Shown in pieces: positions 38,661-52,897 of a DNA stretch of 64,000 nucleotides. The translations under genes and the position numbers were made by a program. This DNA is from the human T2T-CHM13v2.0 reference genome, Homo sapiens. The stretch is taken from NCBI RefSeq assembly GCF_009914755.1, contig NC_060933.1. The stretch is one strand, 5' to 3'. Under the pieces are notes generated by a model that saw nothing but the letters and a program-made list of their open reading frames with translations, was not told the origin of the DNA and ran no database searches. Numbering within the stretch: position 1 is the stretch's first letter; each line of letters starts with the position of its first letter.

Positions 38661-40121
38661 GGAGTAGAACTTGCTACGGGCAACCTGTTTCCCCACCTGC
38701 TGCACTCCTGTATTATGACATGAGGTTTTTAAAAATAAGTACAAACTTATCTGAAAGGAAGTTGGTCCTTCCTGGCCCTTCAGCATAGTTTTAGCTGCTC
38801 CTGTTTTGTTCTGTTATCATTATTCTTCCACTCTCCTATTTTGTGCCGAAGTAATAAGATGTTTCCATGGGAGTATGCATTTGTCCCAATAAAAGGACTT
38901 TTAGTGAACCAATAGAACAAGTCCCCCAAACCCACCTCCAAGTCGCAATGATAGTCTCACCATGCAAGAGGAAAGGTGGTTTTAGGTGCAGCAGCTTATG
39001 GGGTGAGACTTGGGAATGAGGCTCCTGCGTCTTACATGGCACCCACTCATGCCTGCTGTGCAAGTCAATTTCTATGTCTGCCCCCAGGCAATGTCCAGCC
39101 ACCTACTAATCGTATGTGATGGGGGGTGAGGAGGAGATACTTTGCATGGCCCCCAGTGACAAAGAAGAGGCCCTTAGCTATAGCTACTCTTGTGTGAGTA
39201 CAGGGGAGGATTTCTCAAGGAGCAGAAATAGCTTCTCCTTGAACGTATTTGGCAATTTTCAAAGGCATATCAGATGCCAGAAAATTAATGCAAAGAGCTT
39301 ATGTTGGCAAAAAGGCATTTGGTTGAATACAAACTCACCTGGATTTTTCCTTTCTGTAAATGGGAAGAGACTGTGGCTTTTCTTTTCTAGGAGCACCAGG
39401 AAGGGTTGGCTGTTCCCAGGTGAGAGGGTGGCAGCCAAGCCTTCCCAGTGGCTCACACCACCTCCTGCTCCCTTCCACCACCAACCCTCTGGGGAGCGCT
39501 CTGCCTGGGGGCTTCCCTCAACCTCCCTGCTCCCTTCCCCCTCAAGGACATAATGACTGAGCCCCTGTTGCTCTGTCACAGTTAAACTAACTTCACTTCT
39601 AAATATTCACTTGGGCAAAAATATTCTCTTTAATATTTTTCTTCTCATTTTTTTTCCTCTTTGAAATCTTATCTAACTACTTGAGTAAAACCTGTCTTCC
39701 TTTTCTCACTCAATTCTATTTTTGAATCAGAATATTACTCCTATCATGGTTTAAGTATAGGACTGACACACCACCTCAAAGCATGTCAGGAATTGAAAGC
39801 ATCTTCTTTTTTATATTTGATACAAAATGTATCCTGGTCTTGCTGTCTGCTGCTGGCCCCGTGCTAGTTTAGAGGACAACTTCTCTTCACTGAGGACAAC
39901 ACAGAATCCTGGAGATATTTTTGATGAGTAGTGTAAGTCATTTCCACTATCAATAGCTAAGTAAATGTTATGAATCTTTTCTGTAATACCACCATAATTC
40001 AAGTAGTTCTGAAATAAAAATAAAGTAAGGTAATGAAGAACTATCCATCACTAAGTAAGGAGGTTTTCTTCTGAGGCCAATAGACTTGTACGTACACATA
40101 TGAATGTTAATTTTACTTTTT

Positions 40122-40994
<873 letters not shown>

Positions 40995-43859
40995 TTCCAC
41001 TGTACTCAAAAGCAAGAAATGTCACATTATTTTTCTAAATGACAAAAAAACATATTTATAAGTCCCACTAAGCTGACTGGTAAGAAATTCAGTCTCAGCA
41101 TGTGCAGCTGGCTCGCATGTGTACCTCTGGGCCTGACACCGTGCCCAGGAAACACAGTAAGGGACTATGGTATTTGGCCCATCAGGATGGCTGCTAAGAT
41201 GCCCATGCAGAGGGAGACAGAGCTTCCGGGTTTGATGTGGGCACGGAAGTCTTTGGCTGGGTCTGCAGCCTGGGCAGCCCAGTCCAGCCCTCTGGGTGTA
41301 CAAGGCAGCCATGTCTCTCCCCTTGGGGTCCTATGAGTTCCAGCACTGACCTCGACCTCCCCAAGAGACTCCCCCAGACTCACACCCCTTCCCAGAATCA
41401 GGGATATCCCCAGTCTCCAGGCCAACCCCTCTGCCTCCATGTTTCCAAATTCTCCTCGTTCCCTGCCCTCCTTCCTGTCACTCTTGGGGAAAGAGGCTCT
41501 TGAACCACAAAGGGCCTCTCCTGAAGGCAGGTGGGCATGAAGAAAGGGGATGCCCACCCTCAGAGGGGGGCCTCTCCTTGTCCTCCTGTTCACTTGTGTG
41601 TAAGTGTTTTCCTGTGGGAGACGGGGACCACTTTCCAGACTAACAAAGGTTTCTGTGAACCAAGAAGATAGAGTGTGGAAGAGGCTTAAAAGTCTCTTTC
41701 AGAATCTCCACATCAGCATCTCCTGCTTAGACCTGTTCTTATTTCCATGGAGTATAGGTTATAAAGGATACAAGCTTAGAAAGTCAAAAGACAAAACAAA
41801 GACAGAATGAAAGGCAAAGTAGAAAGTGGAAAGATTGGATCTGAATGCAGGAGAAGAAAGGAAATGAGTACTGATTGGAGCAAATAGCCAATGCCTGGGT
41901 TTATTTGGCAACAACAGCATGACTGATAAGAGTCATGGTCAGAATGAAATCACTAGTGATTATTTGCCCTTTATACCAATAAGTTAAAATTACTATAGAT
42001 TTTGCCATATCACAATGCTATAAAAAAGCAGATTATCACTTAAACAGACGTCTGATCTCTTGCATTCTGAAATCAGGGACCAAGTGGAGTTTGATAGTGA
42101 GTAATACATGCATATAAGTCCTCATAGAATTTTAGCAGTGGCCTCTAACTTGAAATTAAGACGTTTAAGTCTTCAAATATTAAAATCACTGCAGAGTCTA
42201 GTCACGGGGTATATCAGCCACAATTTCTAATCATTGTAATGCAATCGACAATTTGCTCTTCAGAAAACACCACCTCTCTGTTTTCTCATCTGCAACATGG
42301 GAGGCCCCATTAGCATTAATAATTTAATATGCGTCCGAGCTTGGAGGAGGCAGAGAGCCTATAGAGGCAGGCTTTGTTGTTGCTGCTCTTATAATAATGA
42401 TGATTGTGTCTGAGGCGCCTGGGTGTGTGTGGACTCAGGGAGGTCACGTTCTGACGGGCTGACTCCCTGAAACTTTCCGCCTGGCACTGGTGCCTGCCCA
42501 GGGAATGGGTTGTGGAGTTCAGGCCTGTTTGGGTTTGTAGCATGTAATGATAGTTTCAGGGCAACTGGTGTTGTTGAATTTGGAGCTGGGTCTTGGGCGT
42601 TCACCATCTGATTAATTTGCCCATCTGACTCACTCACCTGCCAAGAGAGTCAAGAACCACGTCTGTAACAGGGGAAATTGGAATCACTTGTTTCAGGCAA
42701 ATTTATCCAAAGGCCTTATTTTCTCAAAGTGCTACCTGCAGTTGCATTGGAAGAAAGCCCAGTGTGGCTCCTCTGAGTCAAGTGCTGCATCCTTTTTTTT
42801 TTTTTTTCCTCCTGGGCTACTGTACTTCTTTGTAAAAAGAAGAAAATTAGTTAATGGAATGAGCTTGTTAACACATTGCACTAGGGCTGCAAGAAAAGTC
42901 ATGGTTGAATCAAATAATGATCTTAAGCTTGTGCTCTTAGATGAGAGAGAAATACATTGAAAGAGGATGTGCTTGACCTCTGCAGACTGAGCCTGGCCAG
43001 GTCCCTGCCAGGAGCGTCACCTTCACCTGGCCCCTCACTAGCTGTCTGCTGTCTTCTTACAATGCTGGTGTGTCTGTAAGTGAAGTGTGGGAGTGTGCTC
43101 AGCTAGAGACCATTTTGACATAAAAGCATATGAAGTTGATGGAAAGTGCTGGATTCTTTGTGCTCAGGTCTACTGTGATCTGTAAAGCCCCCAGAGAATT
43201 CTGAGCTCAATTCTTTCCATCCCACCTGCACAATCTGATGTCTGGCTTTGCTGTGACCACAGGGCACAGATTTCCCTTTGTGAAAAGGGCTCCGCAGGAG
43301 GCAGCCAGGAGGGAGCCGAGCCAATGGGCAGTTGGGTCACATGTGTGAAGTAGGGGTGAGTGGATGTGAACAGTCCTGTAAATGGATGGTACCTGTGGAT
43401 GGTGTCAGGTCACAGGAGGAACACAAAAGGGATAAAAGGGGGAAAGCACATTGAAAGGTGGAGGCTGAACTGGAGAAGGTCCTTTTAGCTGAAGCTGCCC
43501 GTACCCTGCCCATAGCCTCTGGCTCTTGGCCTGAGGGGTTTCTCTGGATGCTGGAGCCCTCAGATCCTGCACAGAGAAGGCCTGAAGTGCAGGGGAGTTA
43601 GTGCCCCCATCCCACATGAGAACAGGCTCCAGTCCATGAGTCATGAGAAGGGAGCTGGGAGCCCAAAGCCTAGGTCCCAAGCCGGCCATGGGAATGACTG
43701 GGACAGCTGAAGGTAACCTGCAATAATATGCCTTCCAGCCAGGGCTGTGCTGATCAAGGAGTCTCACTGGCTCTCCAGAAGAGCACAGAAGTCCTAATTT
43801 GTAGCCTTTGCTGACTTCCGTGATTCCAGTTCCCTCACTGACGGCAGAGTCGGGAGGAG

Positions 43860-44030
43860 GAGCCGTGATGCTGACATGCCACACCGGGTCAAGGTCAGCA
43901 CCAAGCTGGAAGTTTTAATATAATGTGTTTAGTTGTAACTTTGTATAATTTAATTTTCAACAATAGACAACTTTCACAAACAGCTTAGAAAAATCCTGAA
44001 ATTGTCCCAAGCGGGCTGGGCTCTGTGCTT
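43860..44030 (-). mobile_element. MER63-type hAT relic
   Basis: ttttaatataatgtgtttagttgtaactttgtataatttaatttt...aaaaatcctgaaatt; same family as 49205-49560. Confidence 0.55.
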
Positions 44031-44387
44031 CGTCCCTGCTCAGCAATTCCTCCCTCACTCAGGGCCCCAAGGGCCCCTCCTCCGTTAAGTGCTGTCTCCG
44101 ACTGTTGCCTTCCCAGAGGGACTTTCAACAGTCTCTCAGTCGTGTGACCTACTTTGTCTACTGAAAGCCAGCAGGTGGTACAGATCCATCCTGCTCCACT
44201 CTCTGTTTCTCCTTCCCTGGAAACGAGTGGCACCTCTGGTCCTCACAAGGGCCACACTCAGCTCTAGCGGCTGCCTCACTGTCAGCTCCACGCAGCCCTC
44301 AGCCACCGGCTTCCAGTCATGGAGATCCACTGTAGCCTGCACCTGAGCCGTGCCCAGGGCTGGAGCACAGCAAGGGCTGGAGAGGGC

Positions 44388-45066
44388 ATGAGTGTGAGCG
44401 TGTGTATGTGTGTATGTGCAGGTGTGTGTCTGTGTATGTATCTGTGACTGTGTGTGAGCAGGTATGTGTGAGTTATGAGGAAGTGTATGTGTGTAAGTGT
44501 GTATAAGGGTATGTATGTGTGTGGCATGTGTGCGTGTGTGATTGTGTATATGTGATTGTGTGTGAGGGTACATAAGGGTGTGTGTATTAGTGTGTATGAG
44601 GAATGTGTATATGGGGTGTGTGTGTCATTGTGTATACGTGAGTGTGTATGTGAGTGTGAGCATGAGTGTTAGAGTATATGCATTCGTGTGTATGGGTATG
44701 TTGTATATATGTTTGTGTGCATGTGGGATTGTGTGAGCATGAGTATGTGCCCATGAGTGTGTGTGTATGATTGTACATGGCTGTGTGCATGCATGTGTAT
44801 AAGTATGAGTGTGTAGGTGTGTGTGTGTGAGTGTGTAAGGGAGTGTGTGAACATATGTATAAGAGTATGTATATGTGAGTGTGACCATGAATGTGTGAGA
44901 GTATATCCATGAGTGTGTATGGGTATGTGTGTGAGTATGAGTGAGTGATTGTGTGTATATGAGTACATGCATGAGGGTATGAGTGTGTCTGTGATTGGGG
45001 GTGTATGATTGTGTATGTGTGTGTGCATGCATGTGTATGAGAGTGTGCAAATGTGTATGTGTGTGT
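44388..45066. repeat. About 680-bp TG-rich degenerate low-complexity tract
   Basis: (TG)n with atg/gag interruptions; explains the His/Thr ORFs. Confidence 0.92.
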
Positions 45067-45408
45067 GGCCTCAGCACCTCTGCCTCCTTTCTTTAGCAAT
45101 AGCACCCCACTTTTCTTGGGGTACATACCCCACATGATCCCTGCAAGCTGCCAGTCCAGATTGCCTGACACCCTGGGAGGCAGAGTCCTGACTCCTGCAG
45201 GGGAGCAGGAAATTCAAGGGCAGCAGTGGCAGAGGCCAAAGGGGAGTGTCCCTTACTTGAGCCACCTGTGTCACCAGGGCCCAGAGCGTCTTCATGTGAT
45301 CCTCGAGCTCTCCTGAGATAGAAGCTTTCTAATGTCATTTTATAAATTCCTTTCCTGCTTAAGTCAGCTAGGGAGGCAGGCTGTTTGCAAATACGAGCTC
45401 TATTACAT
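45067..45408 (+). mobile_element. MLT1K/L-type MaLR LTR relic
   Basis: ctttagcaatagcaccccac start and ataaattcctttcctgcttaagtcagctag end. Confidence 0.5.
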
Positions 45409-45699
45409 AACTGTCTTGTGAAGGGGCCCCTGCTGTTCCACTAGAATTGTGAAATTATTTCCTGATGGTGGCCTGACAGGGCAAAGGGCAGATTAGGTCT
45501 CGTCACTGTCGGGGAGGGGCAGAGGGCCAGGCTTGTGGCTAAGAGACAGAAACTGCAAGGACACTGTCTCAACAGGATTTCTCCCAAAATCCATGTATGG
45601 GATCAATCCAATAACCAGGGTAAGGATGACAGTTGTAGACAGATAGAGGAAAGAATCCCTGGAATCCAAGAAGCATGTGACACCTTATCTTGCTAACAA

Positions 45700-46010
45700 A
45701 AGCAATGCACCCTGACCACATACTGTGCACCAGGCCTGAGATACTACATTACTGAACCATCGCAGCACCTGGAAAATAGATTTTTAAAAGGCCCTTAGTA
45801 TCTCCATGTCCAGTCAGTACCCCTCATTCAGAAGACCTCAGGTGCACAGAGGTTACACAGAAACACGCAGGTCAGTGGTGGAGCGGGGAATGAATGAGGA
45901 CGGCCCCACTCCAGAGTAGCCAAGTCTGAATCTCTGGGGGAGGAGCCGGGAATCTGCATTCTAGCAATCACTCGCACAGCCCTTTATGCACCTGTCTGAA
46001 AACCACTGCC
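45700..46010. mobile_element. MIR (minus) followed by a MER5-type relic
   Basis: gcacagaggttaca...cacgcaggtcagtggtggagc; then ctgaatctctggggg...ggaatctgcatt...aaaaccactg. Confidence 0.55.
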
Positions 46011-47355
46011 TTATGCAGAGAGCTGGATCAGTGTGCTGTGAAACACAGGTTGATTTCTGTGTTCTCTGCATCTGACTTCTGAGGGATCTGGTTAGAATAC
46101 TAAGAAACATAAATGGTGGGCTCCATGGATCCGTCCTGCCCTGCATGCCTGGGAAAGTTCTCCCACAGCACAGGCTGTGGCCTCCCACAGAGCCGTCTCA
46201 TCTGAACATTAGCCTCACAGGCTGCTTGGGTATGGGGAGAACTTGCTAGAATCCTCCTGGAACATGTGACCTGTTGTCCAGGATCCATAGCTACGGACTC
46301 TGCATCAGCTGTGGGAGCCGCTCAGTGTGAACCAGGCTCAAAGAACACTGCGTAGAGAGCTGCCCACGTTTGTTTACGCACGGTTTGTTGTGTTTCCAGA
46401 ATGAAAGGAACAGGACATACAGGGTGGACAAAACCGACAGGGGCAGCTATGTCATTTCAGACGAAAACAAGCCTTTTCGGAAACATTCAAATACTAGATG
46501 ATTATGGCTTTCCACGGACAATGTCTCTCTACTTCTGTCTGCAAACATCCCCAGGGACTGAAAGCATCTTGAAGCCTGCCTCCCCAGATTAGGGAGTCAC
46601 TGACAGGGCAGAAGTCACATTTTGAATGTGTGTTTTATCGGCACTTCACAGAGGATGAGACAAAGGCACAGATATCTGACACTGCGGCTGTGCCTCCGTA
46701 CCCCCGCTGTCAGTGACCGCCTCACCCTTCAGGATGGCCCCGTAGACTCACACACTACTGCTCCATTCTGCTTTGGTCTTGATGTTTTTGTTCTGTGTTT
46801 CATTTTCAGTGTCTTTGGCTGCTCTTGGGGTCTCCTCTTTCCCTCAGGCAGGGGCCGAAGGGCAGGCAGGGGGGTGTTGGGCCCAAGGGGGCCAGCTGGT
46901 GAGGACAGCCCCGCCTGCCCTGGTGGTCTCGCCTCTCCTCAGTGGGCTCATCACATTCACAGAGGTTCTTCGTGCCTCCCTCACTTTGTTGCCACAACAA
47001 GAAAGATTTCACTCCGTCTCTATTTTAAAGAGAGCTGGAGACATCAAGTGGCTGGCTGTGGTCACCCAGCCCCAACCCTGGGTCTCATTGGTGTAGGACC
47101 CCGTGTTTATCTTCCTGTCATTTCATCTTCCCCCTACTCCCGCCAACACCTTCTATTTAATCTTTCCCCCAGCTCTTCCTCCTTCTTGCACAACTGAGGT
47201 GCCTGTGAGGGGCTGGATGTGGGAGGTGGGTGACACCTCAAACAGTAATTTCCAGAAGCATTTTAGATGCAACCTCGGAGTCTTCAAAGGAGCACTGGGC
47301 AATTTTGCTTGGAGAGGGGGTGGAGGCGGGTAAAGGATCTCTGTATTTTCATCCC

Positions 47356-47388
47356 CTGGAACTGGCTGGAACTGGCTGGAACTGGCTG
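47356..47388. repeat. 10-bp tandem repeat (ctggaactgg) x3.3
   Basis: Direct read. Confidence 0.9.
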
Positions 47389-47944
47389 CCTGTTGGATGT
47401 CCCTGGAGGTGTGGCATCCTTTGCATGTCAACATCAGGATTTGGCTCTTGTCTCTGCCCCGGGCCTGACTCCCTGCTGCCAATGCCTGTGGTCTGGATGC
47501 ACTTGCTGCGAATTGCCCAGGTGGCAGTGGTGGAGCAGAGTCTGCTGGGAGACACAGCAGGAAACATACAGCATCATGGGGTCCCAGGTGTGACGGCTGG
47601 GCATGGTGTATTTGTGAGAAGAGGCTCCAGACCTGGGGTCTGGGCTCTGGAGATGTGGGTGGGGCACAGGTGGCAGGAAAAGGATGGGTGAGCCCAGGTC
47701 CACCTGGCCTATGGAGGTCTTAACTTCCTAGACCTATCCAAACCTCTCTGTAGTGATAAATGCCATGGAAATGTTCTGGGGACTGCCGGGGAGTGGGATG
47801 GGAGGGTGGAGGGGGCTGTCTTCCACAGCCAAGAAGGAGACATAGTAGAGACCCTTGGATTCAGGCTTAAAGAATAACTAGGGGCATTGGCCTTCTTAGA
47901 GAGGACACAGGACTTTGTCTGACTTTGCACTTGTCTGGTGTCAT

Positions 47945-48590
47945 TGCAAGTGGCAATTCTCAATTCTCAGTTCTCCAGTTATCCGGCGCCACCTGGGTGT
48001 CCAACAAGTTCATGCCATGAACACTGGAGGTGAAGGGCTCTGTCCTATGACTCTGCCCCACAGCAGACACCAGCCACAAGGCCCAAGGGTCATCCGGCTG
48101 TGAAATCAGGGGCTCCTATGACCTTCTCCCAGGCTTAATCCCTTGCTAGAATGAGTCACAGAATGCAGGGCAGCACTCTACTTACAATTATGGTTTTGTT
48201 ATGAAAGATAAACTCAGGAGTGGCCAAATGCAAGAGAAGCATAGGAGAAGGTATTGGGGAAACAAGTGTGGAGTTTCCCTGTCCTCTCAGTGCACAGCTC
48301 CCCACTTCATGTGGATGCTTCTACCACCCTGGAAGCTCCCCAAACCCCTTTGTTTGGGGATTTTGTGGAGGTTCCATGATGTAGGTGTGATTGATACATC
48401 ATTAGCCATTAGTGACTGACTCAGTCTCCAGCTGCTCCCCCCCTCTCTGGGTTGGGGATGAAGTGGCATCATGGTTGGTCTTTTTGGCCACTAGCCGCCA
48501 TCCTGAAACTGTCTAGAGTTCAGCCACCCACCATCTCATTAGCACACAGAAAACAGCAAACTCCCAGGGTTCCAGGAGCTGTGTGCCAGT
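47945..48590 (-). mobile_element. MER21-family ERVL LTR
   Basis: ttgctagaatgagtcacagaa...ggaagctccccaaacc...ggaggttccatgatgtagg...catctcattagcacac. Confidence 0.75.
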
Positions 48591-49204
48591 CTGGGATGAA
48601 AAGAGATCAGGAGGTAGATGGATGAACAGGGGCATTTTCCTGATCTATCCCCAGCACCAGGCAGAGCCCCCTTGTTGTCCTCAAAAAACAGGCTGTGAAG
48701 GCAGAGGCAAGGCTCCTCGTGGGGTTCCAGGTGTGGAGGTGCTGCAGACCACCTGCAATTCCAAGGGGGCAGATGCTGCCAGGGACATAGATCGCCCAAG
48801 AAAACCTTGGGCTACTGTTGCCTGACTGAAGGACCCTGGGTGTGAGCAGGGCTCTGCTCAGAGGGCCTTGAGCCCTCTCAGGCCATCCCTGACCACATTG
48901 CAGCCTCCACTAGCCCCGCATCAGGTTCTGGCCCTGCCCAGAGCCACCTCCCTGTGGTGGGGATGAGACATCCCAACTTCTCTCAGACCTGGGAGGCCAC
49001 CCAAGGTCTCAGGTTGGGAAGGCCGCCTTAAAAGATGCTTGGCTTCCAGTTCTTAATCTTAGAGGATTTGGGGGAGGAACCAACAGTGTATTGTGTGTAG
49101 TGTGGTGTGTGTGTGTTGTGTGGTGCATGCATATAAGTGTGGCATGTAAGTATATGTGTGCTTGGTATATGCATATGGATGGATGTATATTGTGTTTATG
49201 TATG

Positions 49205-49560
49205 GGACACCTGGTTTGTAATATTTGTCATTGTCTGTGGTATAAATCCTCCCATGACAGCCAATGGAAAGCTAATGCCATGTCACCAAAAACAGAGTTG
49301 GAAAGGGTGTGCAGAGCCACTACCTTAAGTACGATGACGTACATATATCACCAGACAGATAAACAGACACGCAGCCTAGAGAACACTGATAATAACACAA
49401 TGTGGGGGTTATTATCTTGAATTTTAATATAATTTATTTTATTGCAAATCTATTCATTTTAATTTTTAATAATGGCTGTGTGTAACAACTGGTCCCGAAA
49501 TTCACAGACATTTGGCAATCGACCCCATCAAGGGGGTACGGGTTGGCCTAGACCACCCTG
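49205..49560 (-). mobile_element. MER63-type hAT-Blackjack relic
   Basis: aatttttaataatggctgtgtgtaacaactgg and gagttggaaagggtgtgcag match the reverse MER63 consensus. Confidence 0.7.
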
Positions 49561-52500
49561 GATTCCTTCTCCGGCTGCGTTCTGTGGCCAATGTACTGAG
49601 CCCTGCCGGCCTCCTTCCTCAAGAAGCTGGAAATCTGGTAGGAGCTGGAGATGGTTTCACTGGGGTCCCCAGGCTCACCACCCATGGGGCTGCAGAGGGA
49701 GTGGTGGAGATACACATGGAGGCCTCCTGGCTCTGGGAGTAGCTTCACACTCATACTCGGGGAATTGTTCTAATGGCTCAGGCTTGAGGCACCACATGCA
49801 GTTTTTTTTTTTTAAAGTATGGTATTAATTTATACTTGTCTGTTGTTTATCCAATAAATGGCGTTCCAAATAGCAGGGCACTAGCCTGAACGGGAGAGGA
49901 GTGTGGATTCTGTTCTAAGCATGTTACAGCATCTGCTTTCATACTCATGCATATGCACACATGCATATATGTATATCCATGTCTACCTCAGGCGTGGGCA
50001 CTTGCTGACTTATCAGGCATAGCCAAAGATAAAAGGCAACACTATGCTCCATGGAGGATGAATCTCACTTGGGTAATAAAATGACAAAGAAAACTAGAGA
50101 ACTAATGGCCATAAGACTCAGCCCAGCTGTGCCCCAGGAGGGAGGAGAGATTTGGGAGTGGGGTTCTGTAGCGGGGTGGGAAGGCTCTAGAGTGGGTGCT
50201 GGGGGTTACAAGCATTTTTGCCTTATAGGACTTCATTAAACTTCATGTTTGCTTTATGCAGCTTCCTGTACTTGTGGGACATTTACTGTTAAATATATAC
50301 TTTCATATATATGTGCAGATATACCTCAATATATATGTATATATATGTCTGTATGTGTGTGTTGTATGTACACACACATACACAGAGACATTACAGACAT
50401 GTACTCACTCTCTTTCACCTGAGTTGGCAGAAAGTTTTGTTGCTGGGCCCTGCTGAGATAACCGGTTTGCCCAGTGGCTTGCTGGCCTTGCCAGGCTGTG
50501 CTGAGCTGTTCTGCGACGGCTGGCAGGCGCTGCCTGGGCTAGAACTGGTAGTAGAGCTCCAGGTTTTAAATGGACCTAGGGGGATCAGCCCAGGGTTCCA
50601 TGCAGGTTTAGCAGGTAGGGTGTAGCAGGCCACAGCTCTGAGAAGGCTCTGACCTGGCAAATGCTCACGGACTTGAGGCCTGCCCTGCCTGACAGCGGCT
50701 CTGATTTCCTGACCTGTGCACAGGAGCTGGCTGAGGGGCAGCCCCTGCAGGCTTAGAGTTTTCTGGTGAAAAGTGTTGTGGCAAAAGGAGCTTGAGCTGG
50801 TCCCCCAGTACCTCTGGGCCATGTGGGGCCCTCCCCCTCCCGAGGAGAGGGGCATGACTGAGATGTGCCCTCTGCCCCAGGGAGGCACACACCAGGGCAG
50901 GGCTAGGAGACACTCAGCCTCAGTAGCCACTTTCCAGTCAAGGGCCTGGGGTCACAGAAACCTCAGGGCTCCTTCCTGTAAGTCGGGGTGGTTCTCAGCA
51001 GCAAGCTTTCACTTTCCATGCCTGGCTGGGACAGCTGGGTATTGAGACTGAAGAGACAGCCCACCTCTCCTTCTGCCCAGAAAGTGAAAATGCCTGAGAA
51101 GGCGCTGGGAGTGACTGGGGACAGCCAGATGAAGGTCCAGTTCTGGTGTCGGGTCCCTGAGGAGGGAGCTCTGTGGACTGGCTCCGTAGCACATGCTCCT
51201 GGGGCTTGCCTGGCACCGGTGCAGGGATCAAGGTCGGAGTCCACTGGCTGCTGGGAAGGCTGGCATTGGAGTTACACTAAGGCGCTGAGCAGCGTTAGGC
51301 ACTCAAAATCTATTTTAAGCCTTGTGTAAACATGCATGAGGCGAAGTCTCCCTCTCCCTGCTGCTCCTGCAGAAAGAGCTGTCCTTTGCATTGCCAACTT
51401 CTCAGGGTTCTTGTGGAGGTTAAGCAAGTGCTGTTTTGATTTTTTTCTGGAGGTGAAGTGAATTATAGCCTTGTTGTTTTAATAAGTCACAATATTTACA
51501 AGTTCATTTCTTTGAACTGTGTGTGGGGGGTTATTTTGTCTGCAATTTTGAAGGTAAATAATTTTCTGCTGTTTCACTGTCGTTTCAGCCAGATATTTTT
51601 GTTTGGTTTGGTTTTCAAAAGGAGGAGAAGGGAACTAGCTTTTATGGAAGGTCTTTGCTCTGTCCTTACCAACGCGGGAGTTGTGCTTCCATTACCTTCT
51701 TTAATCATTTTCATAAGGATTTTTGTACAAATGATGAGGAATGACGGGTGGTTTTAAATTTGTTTTTCAGAAAGAAGTAATGCATGACTCTGATTTGCGG
51801 CTGCAGGATAAATCCGAACTATTTCAGGGAGATGTCATGGAGAGCTCATCTCTCAGCATCAAAGTTGCCTCTCCTGACTTTTGAATTTTAAGTGTTCTGT
51901 GTGGAAGAAAAATGGAGACAACAAATTTCTATGCATGGATTCAAAGAATCCTCGTAATATACAGACTACATTCTCCCCAGCTTTTTATCTCTATATATTC
52001 TTTTTGTTGAGTTTCAACCACATAGGGTTGAAATTCACCTTCCCACATTACATTTTTCATCAATAGTTGAAGACCTATGTATATAAATATCAGGAACTAT
52101 CAGAACTCCCTGCAACAGGAAACCTGACCCCCAACTCCCCCGAAATGCATCATGATAAACAGTCACTTGCCAAAATAACAAATCAGCTTCCTGGAACATG
52201 CTTGCTCAAAACCAGGAGAGGAGCTTAGAGACGTCAGCTTGACTTCTGCCTCGTACGCAGGAAGGGTGACCTTCAAAGATCAAACATCGTCCCAAATCTC
52301 CCTTCATCTTGTAATACTCCTGCTTGTCGTAGCTCCTGTTACCATCAGGTACTGGGCCAACCATCCGTCATGTCAGAAGAGAGTTGGGGACAATCCCTGG
52401 ATTATTTCACCTTTGCCCTGCTGGTATAGACAATGTGTGTTATGGCTGGGTGACTTGCTGACTTTTACTCTGAGCAACAGCTTTGTCAGAGTAAACTAAA

Positions 52501-52579
52501 ACAGAGACTTCAGAGCATAATAAAATATGACATTTTTTCTGTATAGAACTAAAGACACGGGGGAGAGAGAACAACTTAA

Positions 52580-52897
<318 letters not shown>

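Noticed and set aside
44136-45171. His/Thr-rich ORFs up to 194 aa (also 14284-14857)
   Set aside because: Translation artefacts of CA/TG low-complexity DNA.
46622-47197. 191-aa ORF
   Set aside because: Non-ATG start, no recognisable domain, and several overlapping ORFs in GC-rich DNA; consistent with chance.
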